Notes under the pieces: model-generated
Told to the model about the DNA's origin: nothing
Seen by the model: only the letters and a program-made list of their open reading frames with translations
Databases searched by the model: none
Shown here: one piece after another, positions 1 through 11,255 of the stretch
How the letters are laid out: the number at the start of each line of letters is the position of its first letter
How positions within the stretch are numbered: the stretch's first letter is position 1
NCBI GenBank assembly: GCA_014686905.1
Contig: GCA_014686905.1_4093.1
Direction: 5' to 3' (one strand)
Source of the DNA: a phage
Length of the DNA stretch: 64,000 nucleotides
Position numbers and translations under genes: made by a program

Positions 1-200
<200 letters not shown>

Positions 201-208
201 GAATTTAA

Positions 209-610
209 ATGAAAAAGAATGACTTGATCAAAATGCTTCAAGAAATTGACGGCAATCCAGAGATTGTTATTTGGAATGGATACGTCGATGATTATATGAA
301 CATCGAAAAAGGCTTGACTAAAATCACTCTAGTCAAAGAAACCGAACAGTTTCTTCAGGGTGCATTAGAGCACGAATGGTGTGAACGTAACAATACATTC
401 GACATTCCAGAAGACCAACGAACCAAGATTGCAGAACGTGCTAAAGAACTGCATAAGAAACGCGAATACGATTTCCAGAACCCATATGTCACTGAAGACG
501 AATTCAATCGCTGGTACGGTAAAAAGAAATTGACAAAGTATGTCCTTTCACCTAAACTACGTGGTAAGACTTCACTTGGTGTATTCAACGCCGCAGACTT
601 AAACTACTAG
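209..610 (+). CDS. hypothetical protein (133 aa)
   Basis: ORF from track; N-terminus MKKNDLIKMLQ paralogous to next gene. Confidence 0.6.
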   Translation: MKKNDLIKMLQEIDGNPEIVIWNGYVDDYMNIEKGLTKITLVKETEQFLQGALEHEWCERNNTFDIPEDQRTKIAERAKELHKKREYDFQNPYVTEDEFNRWYGKKKLTKYVLSPKLRGKTSLGVFNAADLNY

Positions 611-619
611 CGGGTATTA

Positions 620-984
<365 letters not shown>

Positions 985-985
985 T

Positions 986-1023
<38 letters not shown>

Positions 1024-1042
1024 AGAGGTACTTCGAGTATGC

Positions 1043-1170
<128 letters not shown>

Positions 1171-1172
1171 TA

Positions 1173-1229
<57 letters not shown>

Positions 1230-1230
1230 A

Positions 1231-1262
<32 letters not shown>

Positions 1263-1314
1263 TACCAAGCAGCTTGAAGAACTTTGTAGTGCTGCACCTA
1301 TGCCGACTCTTGGC

Positions 1315-1415
<101 letters not shown>

Positions 1416-1427
1416 TATCTTACTTCT

Positions 1428-1517
<90 letters not shown>

Positions 1518-1523
1518 TACACT

Positions 1524-1949
1524 ATGACATACAACATTGTTAAAATGGTGAACTATGTATTAAAAAACAACGCATGGTCACTGCATGATGTACAATTAGA
1601 AGATATTGGTGAAGTTAGAGTATTTTGCTATGATCCAGATTTGAATCAAACCACAGATTTGAGTAAATGTTTTAATATTTTTCTTGGTTATGAATTCAAT
1701 AATCATTTTTATTCATTTGATGTGTATTTTGAAAAAGTTATATTCAGAAGTTATGAATGTGATAATGAAGATTATGATTATGATGATGAATCAATTGAAT
1801 TGAATGTTAACGATATTGATACTGAAGAAAAATTCTTCCAGTACTGCCTCCTTAACGACATATTAGGATTAACATTTGAGGACATTAAAGCTATACTTAA
1901 AGTTCAAAAGTTGATTCCAGAAGAGGTACTAAATCCATTAAATGACTAG
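1524..1949 (+). CDS. hypothetical protein (141 aa); member of C-terminal FQY..D..GLT family
   Basis: ORF from track; C-terminal motif FFQYCLLNDILGLTFEDIKAIL shared with 3 neighbours. Confidence 0.6.
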   Translation: MTYNIVKMVNYVLKNNAWSLHDVQLEDIGEVRVFCYDPDLNQTTDLSKCFNIFLGYEFNNHFYSFDVYFEKVIFRSYECDNEDYDYDDESIELNVNDIDTEEKFFQYCLLNDILGLTFEDIKAILKVQKLIPEEVLNPLND

Positions 1950-2307
1950 TCTAATAGTACGTATAATGCAAGATGTTTGTAATAACCTTTATACAGGCAA
2001 TTTTGACGATCCGAACATAAAAATATTATGTTATGATGGTTTTACAATGGTACATCCAGCCTATTCAAATAATATCTACGTAGCATATACAGGTGAAAAT
2101 CTATTATATCAATTTGATATATATAGTACAATGACAAAGATAATTTTGGATGCATCTAAACCAGCAATCTTTATTGCTTCTCATGATTACCATTACACTG
2201 AAGAATCACTATTTCAGTACTCAATGATTAATGACATTGGTGGGTTGACATTGGATGAGGTTAATGCTATACTAGCTGTCTCACGTTTGGTTAAAACCCA
2301 CAATTAG
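1942..2307 (+). CDS. hypothetical protein (121 aa); same family
   Basis: ORF; C-terminal LFQYSMINDIGGLTLDEVNAIL; start overlaps upstream stop. Confidence 0.6.
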   Translation: MTSLIVRIMQDVCNNLYTGNFDDPNIKILCYDGFTMVHPAYSNNIYVAYTGENLLYQFDIYSTMTKIILDASKPAIFIASHDYHYTEESLFQYSMINDIGGLTLDEVNAILAVSRLVKTHN

Positions 2308-2316
2308 GAGATTCAT

Positions 2317-2508
2317 ATGTTCTGGAATTTATTATGCTTGTTTGGTCGTACATTGGTTCTTGCTATTATTCATACACCTGGTATTCGTAATTATGTTTCT
2401 TATGAATTTAAGAAAAATTATCACAACGGTACTGAAGTTCGTACAACTAAGATGTGCAAAAACTTCAAGGTAGATGTTCCACCATTCAAGAAGTACGAGG
2501 ATGAATAA
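2317..2508 (+). CDS. hypothetical small protein (63 aa)
   Basis: ORF with AGGAG upstream; stop overlaps next start (ATGA). Confidence 0.45.
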   Translation: MFWNLLCLFGRTLVLAIIHTPGIRNYVSYEFKKNYHNGTEVRTTKMCKNFKVDVPPFKKYEDE

Positions 2509-2792
2509 TGGAATTCATTGTTGCACCTGATGAACTTAAAACATTCACGTTCAGAGATAATAACAATTATCCTTATACAAATCATTCATTGAATTCATTA
2601 CATGTTATTGCAATCATTGCATCTGAATACAGGGATAATCCATGTATTGATTTTAAAACCACTGATGGCGAATATACATGGGTGATCCCAAAAGATAAAT
2701 ATAGTTATCAAGGGGCAGTAGAAATTCGTGACTCGATTCTAAAACAAATCGAAGATGGAAATACTCATCCTAAACTAAACACTCAGTACTGA
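2508..2792 (+). CDS. hypothetical protein (94 aa)
   Basis: ORF, translationally coupled to upstream. Confidence 0.5.
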   Translation: MEFIVAPDELKTFTFRDNNNYPYTNHSLNSLHVIAIIASEYRDNPCIDFKTTDGEYTWVIPKDKYSYQGAVEIRDSILKQIEDGNTHPKLNTQY

Positions 2793-3017
2793 AATCGTTT
2801 AACCCGATAGCTTCTAGTCAGTACTGATTCCTCCTTATGTATAGAAGCTATCACTTTTTTACGTATAATGATATTACCCTCAAATTCATTATATTCGTTA
2901 CCCTCTAACAGTATCTTTTTATTCCTCTTGGATGCTGTAATTTAGAAGTTGACTTTTTAACTTCTACTGTGTTATACTTAAGGCTGATTCGATGAATCGG
3001 CCTTTTTTCTTATATAG

Positions 3018-3446
3018 GTGAATGCAATGAGTTATTTGTTTACTTTAATTGATAAGTATGTTGACATTGTATACCGTCAAGTTTGTAGTGATACGTTTGA
3101 AACAAAAAATCCAATTAGAGATGGCATTTTTGATGTTGTCGTTGGATCATTTTTGAATGGATACACCGAGACATTATACAACAGTAATAATATTTTTATT
3201 TCAGTTCAATCCAGACATACATCAGACTATGCTGTTAGCATTGATATTTGGGAAAATAATATAGAAATAGATATAACGGAACATACTAACATTTGTGTTG
3301 ATGATACATTTAATCAATTAACTGAAGAAATGTACTTGCAGTTGAATTTTGTACATGATCTTACAAATATCAGTTATGATACATTAAGGAAAATATGTTT
3401 TCTTAGTGGGGTGATCCGTAGTAATATGAGTAAGGATAGGAAGTGA
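3018..3446 (+). CDS. hypothetical protein (142 aa); FQ..D..GLT-family member
   Basis: ORF; C-terminal LQLNFVHDLTNISYDTLRKICFLSGVIRS resembles family motif. Confidence 0.6.
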   Translation: MNAMSYLFTLIDKYVDIVYRQVCSDTFETKNPIRDGIFDVVVGSFLNGYTETLYNSNNIFISVQSRHTSDYAVSIDIWENNIEIDITEHTNICVDDTFNQLTEEMYLQLNFVHDLTNISYDTLRKICFLSGVIRSNMSKDRK

Positions 3447-3447
3447 A

Positions 3448-3864
3448 ATGTTAAAAATTCCACCTAAGTCGTTAACACATCTTATTGAATGTGGTGTAAT
3501 ATTTTCCGAAGGTGATACCTCATCATACACATTGGTCGATGAACCTTATAATTTTTCATACCAATCTTATAAAAATAATTCTAAAATTTCTTGTAGATAT
3601 GCTGAAAACATATTAATAGATGTTTCGTTACATAATGTTCCGAAATTTTACATTGATATCTTTGGTGATTCTTTGACAATTCGAACATATGATTATTTTA
3701 TTAACAAAGACCTCTTGAATCTTCCAATTGAACATGATAGTATAGATTCAGAACTTTTCTTTCAACTATCAACTGTTTATGATTTACAGGGTTTAACTGT
3801 TGAACAGTTGAATGGTATTTTTGAGATTTCACGAAACATACGAAGCAGGAACACAAATGTCTAA
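3448..3864 (+). CDS. hypothetical protein (138 aa); family member
   Basis: ORF; C-terminal FFQLSTVYDLQGLTVEQLNGIFEISRNIRS. Confidence 0.6.
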   Translation: MLKIPPKSLTHLIECGVIFSEGDTSSYTLVDEPYNFSYQSYKNNSKISCRYAENILIDVSLHNVPKFYIDIFGDSLTIRTYDYFINKDLLNLPIEHDSIDSELFFQLSTVYDLQGLTVEQLNGIFEISRNIRSRNTNV

Positions 3865-4267
3865 TATTTTAAATGAAAAAACAGTTGATGTTGCTATTGG
3901 CGTTCTTAACACCGCAACTTCATTTCAGAAGAAACACAGTGTTGTATACTTTGGTGAAGATTGTTGGCTGAACTATACTAATAATTCGTTTATAATTCGT
4001 GTAGAGGCTGATGATATTGGATTAACCGTTCAGGTAGGATATACCAAAACTGGTAAACAAATCACTGTCATTGTCGATAAACTTACGTCTTCTTTTTATG
4101 ATAGTATAAATGATTGTGAACACTATAGTTCAACATTTTATGATACCGAAGAAGAACATTTTATGGATAGTACTGTTAAAGAGTTAGCTATTCCATATAA
4201 TCTAATGAAAGCCGTGAGTGATTTAATTTTAAAATATAAAAAAATAGGAGTTACTAATGCAATTTAA
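3857..4267 (+). CDS. hypothetical protein
   Basis: ORF; likely start MSNILNEK at ~3857 (track ORF begins 3812). Confidence 0.5.
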   Translation: MSNILNEKTVDVAIGVLNTATSFQKKHSVVYFGEDCWLNYTNNSFIIRVEADDIGLTVQVGYTKTGKQITVIVDKLTSSFYDSINDCEHYSSTFYDTEEEHFMDSTVKELAIPYNLMKAVSDLILKYKKIGVTNAI

Positions 4268-4703
4268 TGGTAAAGTTTCCAAAGTAGGTTTGGTTTTTGA
4301 AAACTGTGAATTTGTTGATATTGATGTAAAGAATGTTTTATGGATGCATATTGCTGATGAGAAGACTCTTTGTAGCCGTTTTTCAAACGGACTGACAATT
4401 AGTACTGTTATCGGTGAGTTTGGTATTGCTTTACGCAGCAATACACCATCTGATTTCATGGATAACTCTACATTGTTGGAACGTTTGAAAATGCGTGACG
4501 TGACACACGTTTATCTTTATGATACTAACGGTGTTATTCAACGTTATGTAGTCGAATGGGCTGATTACAACCTTAATGGGCAATATTCAGTTAACCAGCG
4601 TGTTCAACTAACGCCCGGTGGAAATATTGTGTTTGTTAGTTCAACTGGCAAATTAATCAGTGTAGATGATAAAAACATTGACCTATTCACAGCATATAAC
4701 TAA
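4257..4703 (+). CDS. hypothetical protein (148 aa)
   Basis: ORF with AGGAG upstream. Confidence 0.6.
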   Translation: MQFNGKVSKVGLVFENCEFVDIDVKNVLWMHIADEKTLCSRFSNGLTISTVIGEFGIALRSNTPSDFMDNSTLLERLKMRDVTHVYLYDTNGVIQRYVVEWADYNLNGQYSVNQRVQLTPGGNIVFVSSTGKLISVDDKNIDLFTAYN

Positions 4704-4714
4704 TACGAGCTTCT

Positions 4715-5134
4715 ATGAAAACAATCAAAATTCATTTCAAAGACACTTGGACAGAAGTAAGTACTGGTAATATTCAGGATATTTTATATAGTACTGAAAC
4801 TATTCATGTTTATGATGAAGAAACTGCTGCCGAGCAGTTAAAAGTTTTGCATCGTAGTGTTGGTGAGCACACTGAATATGGAATTAAACATACTCGTGAA
4901 TTACTTAATACTAATCACATTGAAACCCGTAAAGCAAACTTATCAAAAGAAGAAATGTTTGATTTCATCCTGAACCATAAAGTTCATATTGAACCTGATG
5001 GGTCGATATGGGAGAACACTGCTGGACAAAAAGTGCTGAAAAAATATCATGTTTCTATTGATAATGTAAAAATGTCAGGGTATGATTTGGAAGATGCAAT
5101 TAATGAATATGTATCTAGGCAGAGGGCAAATTGA
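4715..5134 (+). CDS. hypothetical protein (139 aa)
   Basis: ORF in co-directional gene train. Confidence 0.6.
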   Translation: MKTIKIHFKDTWTEVSTGNIQDILYSTETIHVYDEETAAEQLKVLHRSVGEHTEYGIKHTRELLNTNHIETRKANLSKEEMFDFILNHKVHIEPDGSIWENTAGQKVLKKYHVSIDNVKMSGYDLEDAINEYVSRQRAN

Positions 5135-5505
5135 TGAGCTTGATCACATTTACAATTATTTGTTGCATTACTATTGTACTTTGTCGCCTGATTCATGTAT
5201 ACTCATATCATAAAGCGTTGCGAATCGAACAAGAGATTTACAACGAAAACCGAGAACCAGAACCAGTCAAGAAGCCACCTTCCCCTTATGGGTTGAAACG
5301 TGAGATGCATTCTCAAAGTAAAAAGTGGGGTTATGCAATTACTAAAAATGGCTACATCTACACTGCAAGTAATGGTTATTTTCAAATTCACCACGAATTA
5401 GAAGTGGCAGTTCAAATTTTGTGGGAGATGGAGGACATTGGTGGTTATGAGCGTACTAAGTTTGAATTCATATCAAATGATCCAGGAACTTCACGAGAAA
5501 CATGA
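5131..5505 (+). CDS. hypothetical protein (124 aa), N-terminal TM helix
   Basis: ORF, start overlaps upstream stop. Confidence 0.5.
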   Translation: MMSLITFTIICCITIVLCRLIHVYSYHKALRIEQEIYNENREPEPVKKPPSPYGLKREMHSQSKKWGYAITKNGYIYTASNGYFQIHHELEVAVQILWEMEDIGGYERTKFEFISNDPGTSRET

Positions 5506-5650
5506 TATAATTGTTGATGTGGAGAAGAAGGAAGTCGTTATGAAAACGCAAGCATATAGAATTTTAGAAGACTTCCATCTAAAAGCATTTATAATGAAGT
5601 TCTGTACAGATGAACATCTTACCGGACGAGTAATACGTAAGGAGTTGTAA

Positions 5651-5992
5651 ATGAACTTAAGTTCAACAATTCAGTACTTGAGCAGTAACTTCGAGAAAAT
5701 TATTTCTCGCGGTGGGATGATTGTACACCCAGAAACAGAGGAAATGTACATCATTGGATTTGATAAAAATTCTTATGATCAAGTACTTGTAATTTCCAAG
5801 TTAGAAAGTTATAATGAAGTTGTTCAGTTTTGCTGTACCGAATTTGGTATCTATATTAAAGACGCTGAAACTAATACAATTTCGCATTATTTTTATCACA
5901 CACTGATGGGTACTAAAGATTTCGGATTGAAGTTCAATGATTTAGTACAATGTCACTATATGTTTAAAACCTTCCCAGCTAGTGGGCACTAA
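5651..5992 (+). CDS. hypothetical protein (113 aa)
   Basis: ORF with GGAG upstream. Confidence 0.6.
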   Translation: MNLSSTIQYLSSNFEKIISRGGMIVHPETEEMYIIGFDKNSYDQVLVISKLESYNEVVQFCCTEFGIYIKDAETNTISHYFYHTLMGTKDFGLKFNDLVQCHYMFKTFPASGH

Positions 5993-6794
5993 GGAGTATA
6001 TCAATATGAGCAACATTTTCTTCAAAACTATTTCTTTCAAAAAAGCATCTTACTCCTACGCCTACGTTGATGGTAAAGTGCTTAATATTGTACTGGATGG
6101 TGTTGATGTACCAGTTGAATTTAAAACACATGAAGAAGCAGTTGAAGGTGCTAAAGAATTGAATTCAATTCTTAATGGTGAAGTAAGTCAAAAACAAAAT
6201 GTAAAATCTGATTTAGATGTACTTTTGGAAAAAATCAAAACTGGTGAAGTATTAGAAATTTTAGACAACTGTAATGAAAAACTTCGTAATGTAGTTAATA
6301 ATGTTCGTGACCAGATTCAAGAAAAAGCACTAGAGCAAGCATTCAAACATGTATCCAAGAATGCTGAATCTCGTATTGATGGTATGGTTAAAAATCTTGA
6401 TGATGTACTATCTCATCTCTTTACTAAAGAATACGAACAAGAAGTTGAAGAAGAACCAGTAAAAGAAACTAAAAAAGAAAAACGTAGCTTTGGCTCAGGT
6501 GATGATGTGTTTGGTTTTACGAATGTCCGAACAAGTGCAGATGAACCAAAAGAAATTAGTGAGATGCTCATTGGTGACATGACAACTAAGCAGCTTCGTA
6601 ATGAAATTGACAAGTTTGTAACTAGTTGTATCAAATCAGAACGTGCACAAAGTATGTTTAAAAGCATTAGTGAGAACTTTGGTCCAGAAGCAACTGAGCA
6701 GGCACTAACTGCATTTAAAGAATTGATTTATAATGTAGCCATTAGCAATCCAGATAAAACACTTGAAGAAGTTCTACGTGACAATTTCAAATAA
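5982..6794 (+). CDS. hypothetical acidic protein (270 aa)
   Basis: Long ORF, SD AAGGAG upstream, Glu/Lys-rich helical character. Confidence 0.65.
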   Translation: MGTKEYINMSNIFFKTISFKKASYSYAYVDGKVLNIVLDGVDVPVEFKTHEEAVEGAKELNSILNGEVSQKQNVKSDLDVLLEKIKTGEVLEILDNCNEKLRNVVNNVRDQIQEKALEQAFKHVSKNAESRIDGMVKNLDDVLSHLFTKEYEQEVEEEPVKETKKEKRSFGSGDDVFGFTNVRTSADEPKEISEMLIGDMTTKQLRNEIDKFVTSCIKSERAQSMFKSISENFGPEATEQALTAFKELIYNVAISNPDKTLEEVLRDNFK

Positions 6795-6808
6795 TTAGAT
6801 AAAATTAA

Positions 6809-6829
6809 AGCCACTACAATGTAGTGGCT
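6809..6829. terminator. bidirectional rho-independent terminator between convergent genes
   Basis: Hairpin AGCCACTAC-AAT-GTAGTGGCT flanked by A-run upstream and T-run downstream. Confidence 0.6.
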
Positions 6830-6836
6830 TTTTTTA

Positions 6837-7991
6837 TTATGCGTTGTAACCAACTATTACGACTGAGCAGTCAAGCGGTTCTACTACTTTAAGAATTACA
6901 TTATCATCTTCATCCACTTGTATTTCACTATGAACTACATGATTGTCTGAAGAATATAATTGAACTTGTGGTAGTGCTTTACCATGTTCAGTTACTGGAA
7001 CTGAGATAGAGTACATAGAGTCTTCACCGAGAACCCACTCACTTAAAGTATATTCTTTATGGAAAGGAGTAGTATGCAGTGTTTTTCCGATTATACTCAA
7101 AGAAACAGGTAAATTATCAGTTTGATACACAGTAATATTACCTTCTGCGTCTACAGAAAGATCTACACCAACTTGATATAAGTCACCACTGTATGCTTGA
7201 AGTGCTAAGTACTGTCCACGATCATGAACATCAAATGGAACAACCGCAGAAAATACACCTTCCGAAACAGGTTCAAATTGGGATAGAAGAACTGATGTAA
7301 CAAAATCAATATCCTCACCACTTTCAAGAACATCAAATTCCACCACTTTAGTGTTATAATATGGAGAAGTGAGCGTAGCAGTACCTTTCCCTGATTGTGT
7401 GATAACATCAACTGGAATTGTAAATGCATCATTAACAAATTGGGTAGTAAAGTATTCTGTCCCGTCTGGTAATACGATTGTTATTACCATACCGTTAGTA
7501 TCAATTTCTGAACCAGTGTTGAATAATTTACCACTAATTGAGTCATTACCAACAAATACTGGTGAAATGAGAATATTATCTATATCACGATCTATAATAC
7601 CACATTCAGGTGTATACATATGATACAAGGTTTGTGAACTACCTAAAATTGTTTTATGTAGCATAAATTTATATACAAATCCAGTATCAGTTTCTTGTGG
7701 CTCTTCAGAATATCCACGAACAAAGAAACAATTTTTATTAATTTCACTTAATAGTTGGTCATTAGTTTTATTGTAATTTAATAGATAACCTTTATTATCT
7801 TTAGTTGTTATTTGTACTTTACGATATATTATATTAGTTCTTGGATCAATTAAATCATATAATCTATGGCTTCTTTGGCGATAGATTCTAATATTTTTTA
7901 GTCTAGTTCCATCGTTGAGGATTGCACCATCAACAACATAACCACATTCACCAAACTTATAGTGTCCAGCCGCAGCAATTGACCTTGACAT
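6837..7991 (-). CDS. hypothetical protein (384 aa), possibly virion/structural
   Basis: Long - strand ORF; own promoter TATAAT plus GGAGGG immediately upstream on - strand (7992-8025). Confidence 0.65.
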   Translation of the reverse strand: MSRSIAAAGHYKFGECGYVVDGAILNDGTRLKNIRIYRQRSHRLYDLIDPRTNIIYRKVQITTKDNKGYLLNYNKTNDQLLSEINKNCFFVRGYSEEPQETDTGFVYKFMLHKTILGSSQTLYHMYTPECGIIDRDIDNILISPVFVGNDSISGKLFNTGSEIDTNGMVITIVLPDGTEYFTTQFVNDAFTIPVDVITQSGKGTATLTSPYYNTKVVEFDVLESGEDIDFVTSVLLSQFEPVSEGVFSAVVPFDVHDRGQYLALQAYSGDLYQVGVDLSVDAEGNITVYQTDNLPVSLSIIGKTLHTTPFHKEYTLSEWVLGEDSMYSISVPVTEHGKALPQVQLYSSDNHVVHSEIQVDEDDNVILKVVEPLDCSVVIVGYNA

Positions 7992-8107
7992 TTATCCCTC
8001 CATTGGTATAATTATTATAACGTATTTATTATGCATATCCAAAAAATGAGCTTGACTGGTGTATGATTTGGTGTTATCATGTAGTGAATGAATAATGAGG
8101 TGTTTTT

Positions 8108-8692
8108 ATGAATGTTATTGATAATAGATTAGTACTGAAAAATGGAAAAATGACTGTTAAGTTATATAAAGATGAAGCTGATTCTTTTATGGCAAAAGCG
8201 ATTGAAAAATCAGAACGATATAAACTTTTGGCTCCAGCCAGTAAATCGCCATATGGTTTTAATCATGCACATAGTCATTTTGTTGGTATGGTATGTGAGC
8301 ACGCATCTTTAGTACTTTTTAATGAAATTGAAAACAATACTGGTATTAAACTTAATATCGATCCAGCATTCCAAAATGAAGCACGTGACGGTGAATGTGA
8401 TATTAAGGTAAACAACCTTCGTATTGAAGTAAAAGGTATCAAGTATAAATCATGGACTGACTTTGGACCATGTGTTAGTACTCGACAGTTAAAAAATATC
8501 CAGAAAAAAGCTGACGTAATACTATGGGTATTGTATAATGAGAAAAAACAAGAGTTCACGTTTGAGGGATTCAACTATGTAAAAGATATTAGTTCTATCC
8601 CAGTTATCCTCACTGGTGTACCAGGGCGACCAATGATTGAAAATCACCCAGTACTCGGTATTATGAAACCACTACAGGAGTTACCATTGTGA
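8108..8692 (+). CDS. hypothetical protein (194 aa)
   Basis: ORF; TTGACT-N17-TATCAT promoter-like upstream. Confidence 0.6.
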   Translation: MNVIDNRLVLKNGKMTVKLYKDEADSFMAKAIEKSERYKLLAPASKSPYGFNHAHSHFVGMVCEHASLVLFNEIENNTGIKLNIDPAFQNEARDGECDIKVNNLRIEVKGIKYKSWTDFGPCVSTRQLKNIQKKADVILWVLYNEKKQEFTFEGFNYVKDISSIPVILTGVPGRPMIENHPVLGIMKPLQELPL

Positions 8693-8916
8693 TTACTGCA
8701 ACTGTATATCAAGATATCAATGAAGAATTTCATTCTAAAATTGCGTTCTTATCATTTCCTGTACTCCCAGCAGTTGGGTCAACGTTGAATCTTACCATTT
8801 GTGGTTTTGAGAAATATTATAAAGTACTAGATATTGAGTACTGTGCTGATGTATATTCATGTAATAGTGAAATTGCAATTCCAGTATCAATCGATATTAT
8901 TGTAAAAGAGGTTTGA
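8689..8916 (+). CDS. hypothetical protein (75 aa)
   Basis: ORF, overlapping coupling with neighbours. Confidence 0.5.
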   Translation: MITATVYQDINEEFHSKIAFLSFPVLPAVGSTLNLTICGFEKYYKVLDIEYCADVYSCNSEIAIPVSIDIIVKEV

Positions 8917-9374
8917 TTATGTTTAAGAATTTTATGGTTATCGTAGCAGTACTGTTTGGTACATCATGTTTCATTTCCCCAGTACACGCAGAAGAACAAC
9001 GTCAAACTATTAAAACTATTGGGACTGGTAAAACTCCCCCTAAACGTACTGCTGAAGAATACATGCCTGAAATGCGTGAACGTTATCGTCAGACATACAG
9101 GGAAAAACATGCTAATGATAAACCCATCAAGAAGCATAAATGGGAAGTTGTTAAATCTCCTTCATTTTGTGCTGGATATGCTAAAGTAAAGATTGAGCAG
9201 CACAAAAAACAGTACTATAAAGATATGTATTACTTCTATGACTCCAGAATTTCTGACACAGATATGATGGCAGGGAAGGTTGATAAAGAAGAATTTCTAC
9301 AAGGCTATGATATGATGGACGATGACAAAATCATGGAATGCGTTGAAGTGTATGAAAAATACAGAGGCTTCTGA
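8913..9374 (+). CDS. secreted hypothetical protein (153 aa)
   Basis: ORF; N-terminal signal peptide ending ...PVHA/EE. Confidence 0.6.
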   Translation: MIMFKNFMVIVAVLFGTSCFISPVHAEEQRQTIKTIGTGKTPPKRTAEEYMPEMRERYRQTYREKHANDKPIKKHKWEVVKSPSFCAGYAKVKIEQHKKQYYKDMYYFYDSRISDTDMMAGKVDKEEFLQGYDMMDDDKIMECVEVYEKYRGF

Positions 9375-9850
9375 TGTTAACAATAGTGTTGTTGGTAAGT
9401 CCATTTGTGTATTTTGTGCTGTATAATATTTTTAGTAATGCTAATCATTTTAAATATGCACAAACAATTGCAAAACATGAAGGATTTTGGAATTTTTTCC
9501 CAGCGTTACTATGCTCATATCTATACCATGAACGCTATTTCATTTTTCCTGAATATAAAAATTATGGTTATGATTCTAAAGTAAATGGTATAATTGAGTA
9601 CTGTATAAGAAATTATCTTAATAATAATGATAACGTCCAAGTAAGAATAGGAAATGGTAATATACCAAGAATAGTTTTCATACCTGATATACAAGACCCA
9701 ATATACTTATATCCATATGATTATAGTATTAGTGTAGGTTGTTCGATACATGGTAGTAAATCTATGTACGATTACTTTATCTTACCACCAACACAAATTA
9801 GATTAATAGAAAAATATTTGAGGGAAAAGTTTGACAACAAAGATTCTTAG
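9374..9850 (+). CDS. hypothetical protein (158 aa), N-terminal TM
   Basis: ORF from track. Confidence 0.55.
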   Translation: MLTIVLLVSPFVYFVLYNIFSNANHFKYAQTIAKHEGFWNFFPALLCSYLYHERYFIFPEYKNYGYDSKVNGIIEYCIRNYLNNNDNVQVRIGNGNIPRIVFIPDIQDPIYLYPYDYSISVGCSIHGSKSMYDYFILPPTQIRLIEKYLREKFDNKDS

Positions 9851-9891
9851 TATTATAATTAACACACCAAGTAACCCAAGGGGGATGGAAA

Positions 9892-10350
9892 ATGGATGTA
9901 TTAGCTACAAATTTCAAACGTAATGTTGAAGAGCGTGAAGGTTATTTTAGTATTAGTGAAGTTGTCGATGACAATTTTAAACAATACATTTTTAATAGTG
10001 CAATTAAATTAAAATGCACAAAGGATTCACCTGATCGTAGCTTTACTAAATGGATTGCATATTGGGAGGATTCACCAGTTGCAATTGAAATGACTGTGAT
10101 TACAACAGTACTTGAAACTGGTTACATCAAAGCCATTATAGTTGATAAGAAAGTCCGTACTCTTGATGAAATTAATCCATATCCAGCCCGAAATTCTAAA
10201 GTTTTTGGTGTGTTGGTTGATGGTAAATTTATGATAGAAAAAGATGCAAAGGAATATGTAATTAATAAACTTCAAACTACATCAGAAAAAAAGGAAGTAG
10301 TGGACCAAAACTCTGTTGATGCAATCAAAAAAGCATGGGGACTAAAGTAA
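9892..10350 (+). CDS. hypothetical protein (152 aa)
   Basis: ORF, SD GGGGGA upstream. Confidence 0.6.
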   Translation: MDVLATNFKRNVEEREGYFSISEVVDDNFKQYIFNSAIKLKCTKDSPDRSFTKWIAYWEDSPVAIEMTVITTVLETGYIKAIIVDKKVRTLDEINPYPARNSKVFGVLVDGKFMIEKDAKEYVINKLQTTSEKKEVVDQNSVDAIKKAWGLK

Positions 10351-10351
10351 T

Positions 10352-10774
10352 ATGTTCACACTAAGTAATGCAAAATATCTTTTTCTTATTAGTATTATTG
10401 GTTGGGTTATGGCTCCAGTGCTAAATGCACTGGGGTTTTCCGATGAACATAAACTTGTAAATGTTTCAGGTTTAATTCAGGGTATTTCATGGTATACATT
10501 AATTACATTTTCAGTGTGCATCAATACATTTGCCCGTGATTATCGACGTTTGTTATATCTGAAAGTATTTGGAACTACACGATATAGTTTTGTTTACACT
10601 TTCATTTTAGTACCGTGTATGTTATATGCATTTGTATTTGATTACTATACATATCTATGGGTATGTGGAACTATGTTTGTTATGTTGGAATACATCAGAA
10701 CTGTTCAAAACTCATATGCCGATGAGTTTCATGATCTAGAAGTTAAACGAAAATTAACGGAGCTAAACAAATGA
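10352..10774 (+). CDS. hypothetical membrane protein (140 aa)
   Basis: ORF with several hydrophobic segments. Confidence 0.55.
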   Translation: MFTLSNAKYLFLISIIGWVMAPVLNALGFSDEHKLVNVSGLIQGISWYTLITFSVCINTFARDYRRLLYLKVFGTTRYSFVYTFILVPCMLYAFVFDYYTYLWVCGTMFVMLEYIRTVQNSYADEFHDLEVKRKLTELNK

Positions 10775-11196
10775 GAGGCTATAATAAGATTTGTATTTTT
10801 GTATTTTTAGTTTGTGCATTCAATTCGTTTGGTTACTACTGTACAGAAAATAATATTTCATATGGTTTAAATCCTTTGTGGTTTACAATTTCTAATGTAG
10901 CACAAATTGGTATTGCTCTTATGTCTGCACTTATGTTCTGTTCAATTGTCACAATGGATACTGATCATGAAAGGCTTGTATTTCTCCGTGATACTGGAGA
11001 CGAACCTTACAGTAGATTAATTGTGTTGTATCCATTTATTGTTATTTTAGGTACTAACATCCAACTTGGGTCATTATCTAATAGTGTTACATCAGCAGCT
11101 ATTGCTATATTTGCATTCACATTTTTTATGGTACACAAATCAGTACTTAATTGGTATATCACAAAAATGGCAGAAGAAGGTACTAAAAATACTTGA
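10771..11196 (+). CDS. hypothetical membrane protein (141 aa)
   Basis: ORF with several hydrophobic segments. Confidence 0.55.
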   Translation: MRGYNKICIFVFLVCAFNSFGYYCTENNISYGLNPLWFTISNVAQIGIALMSALMFCSIVTMDTDHERLVFLRDTGDEPYSRLIVLYPFIVILGTNIQLGSLSNSVTSAAIAIFAFTFFMVHKSVLNWYITKMAEEGTKNT

Positions 11197-11255
11197 CATA
11201 ATTTAGTATGTTATATATAATTATTTTGTTAAAAACAAATTAGAGTAAGGAACTT

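Noticed and set aside
355-588. 77-aa - strand ORF inside gene 209..610
   Set aside because: Entirely antisense to a better-supported + strand gene in a strictly co-directional gene train.
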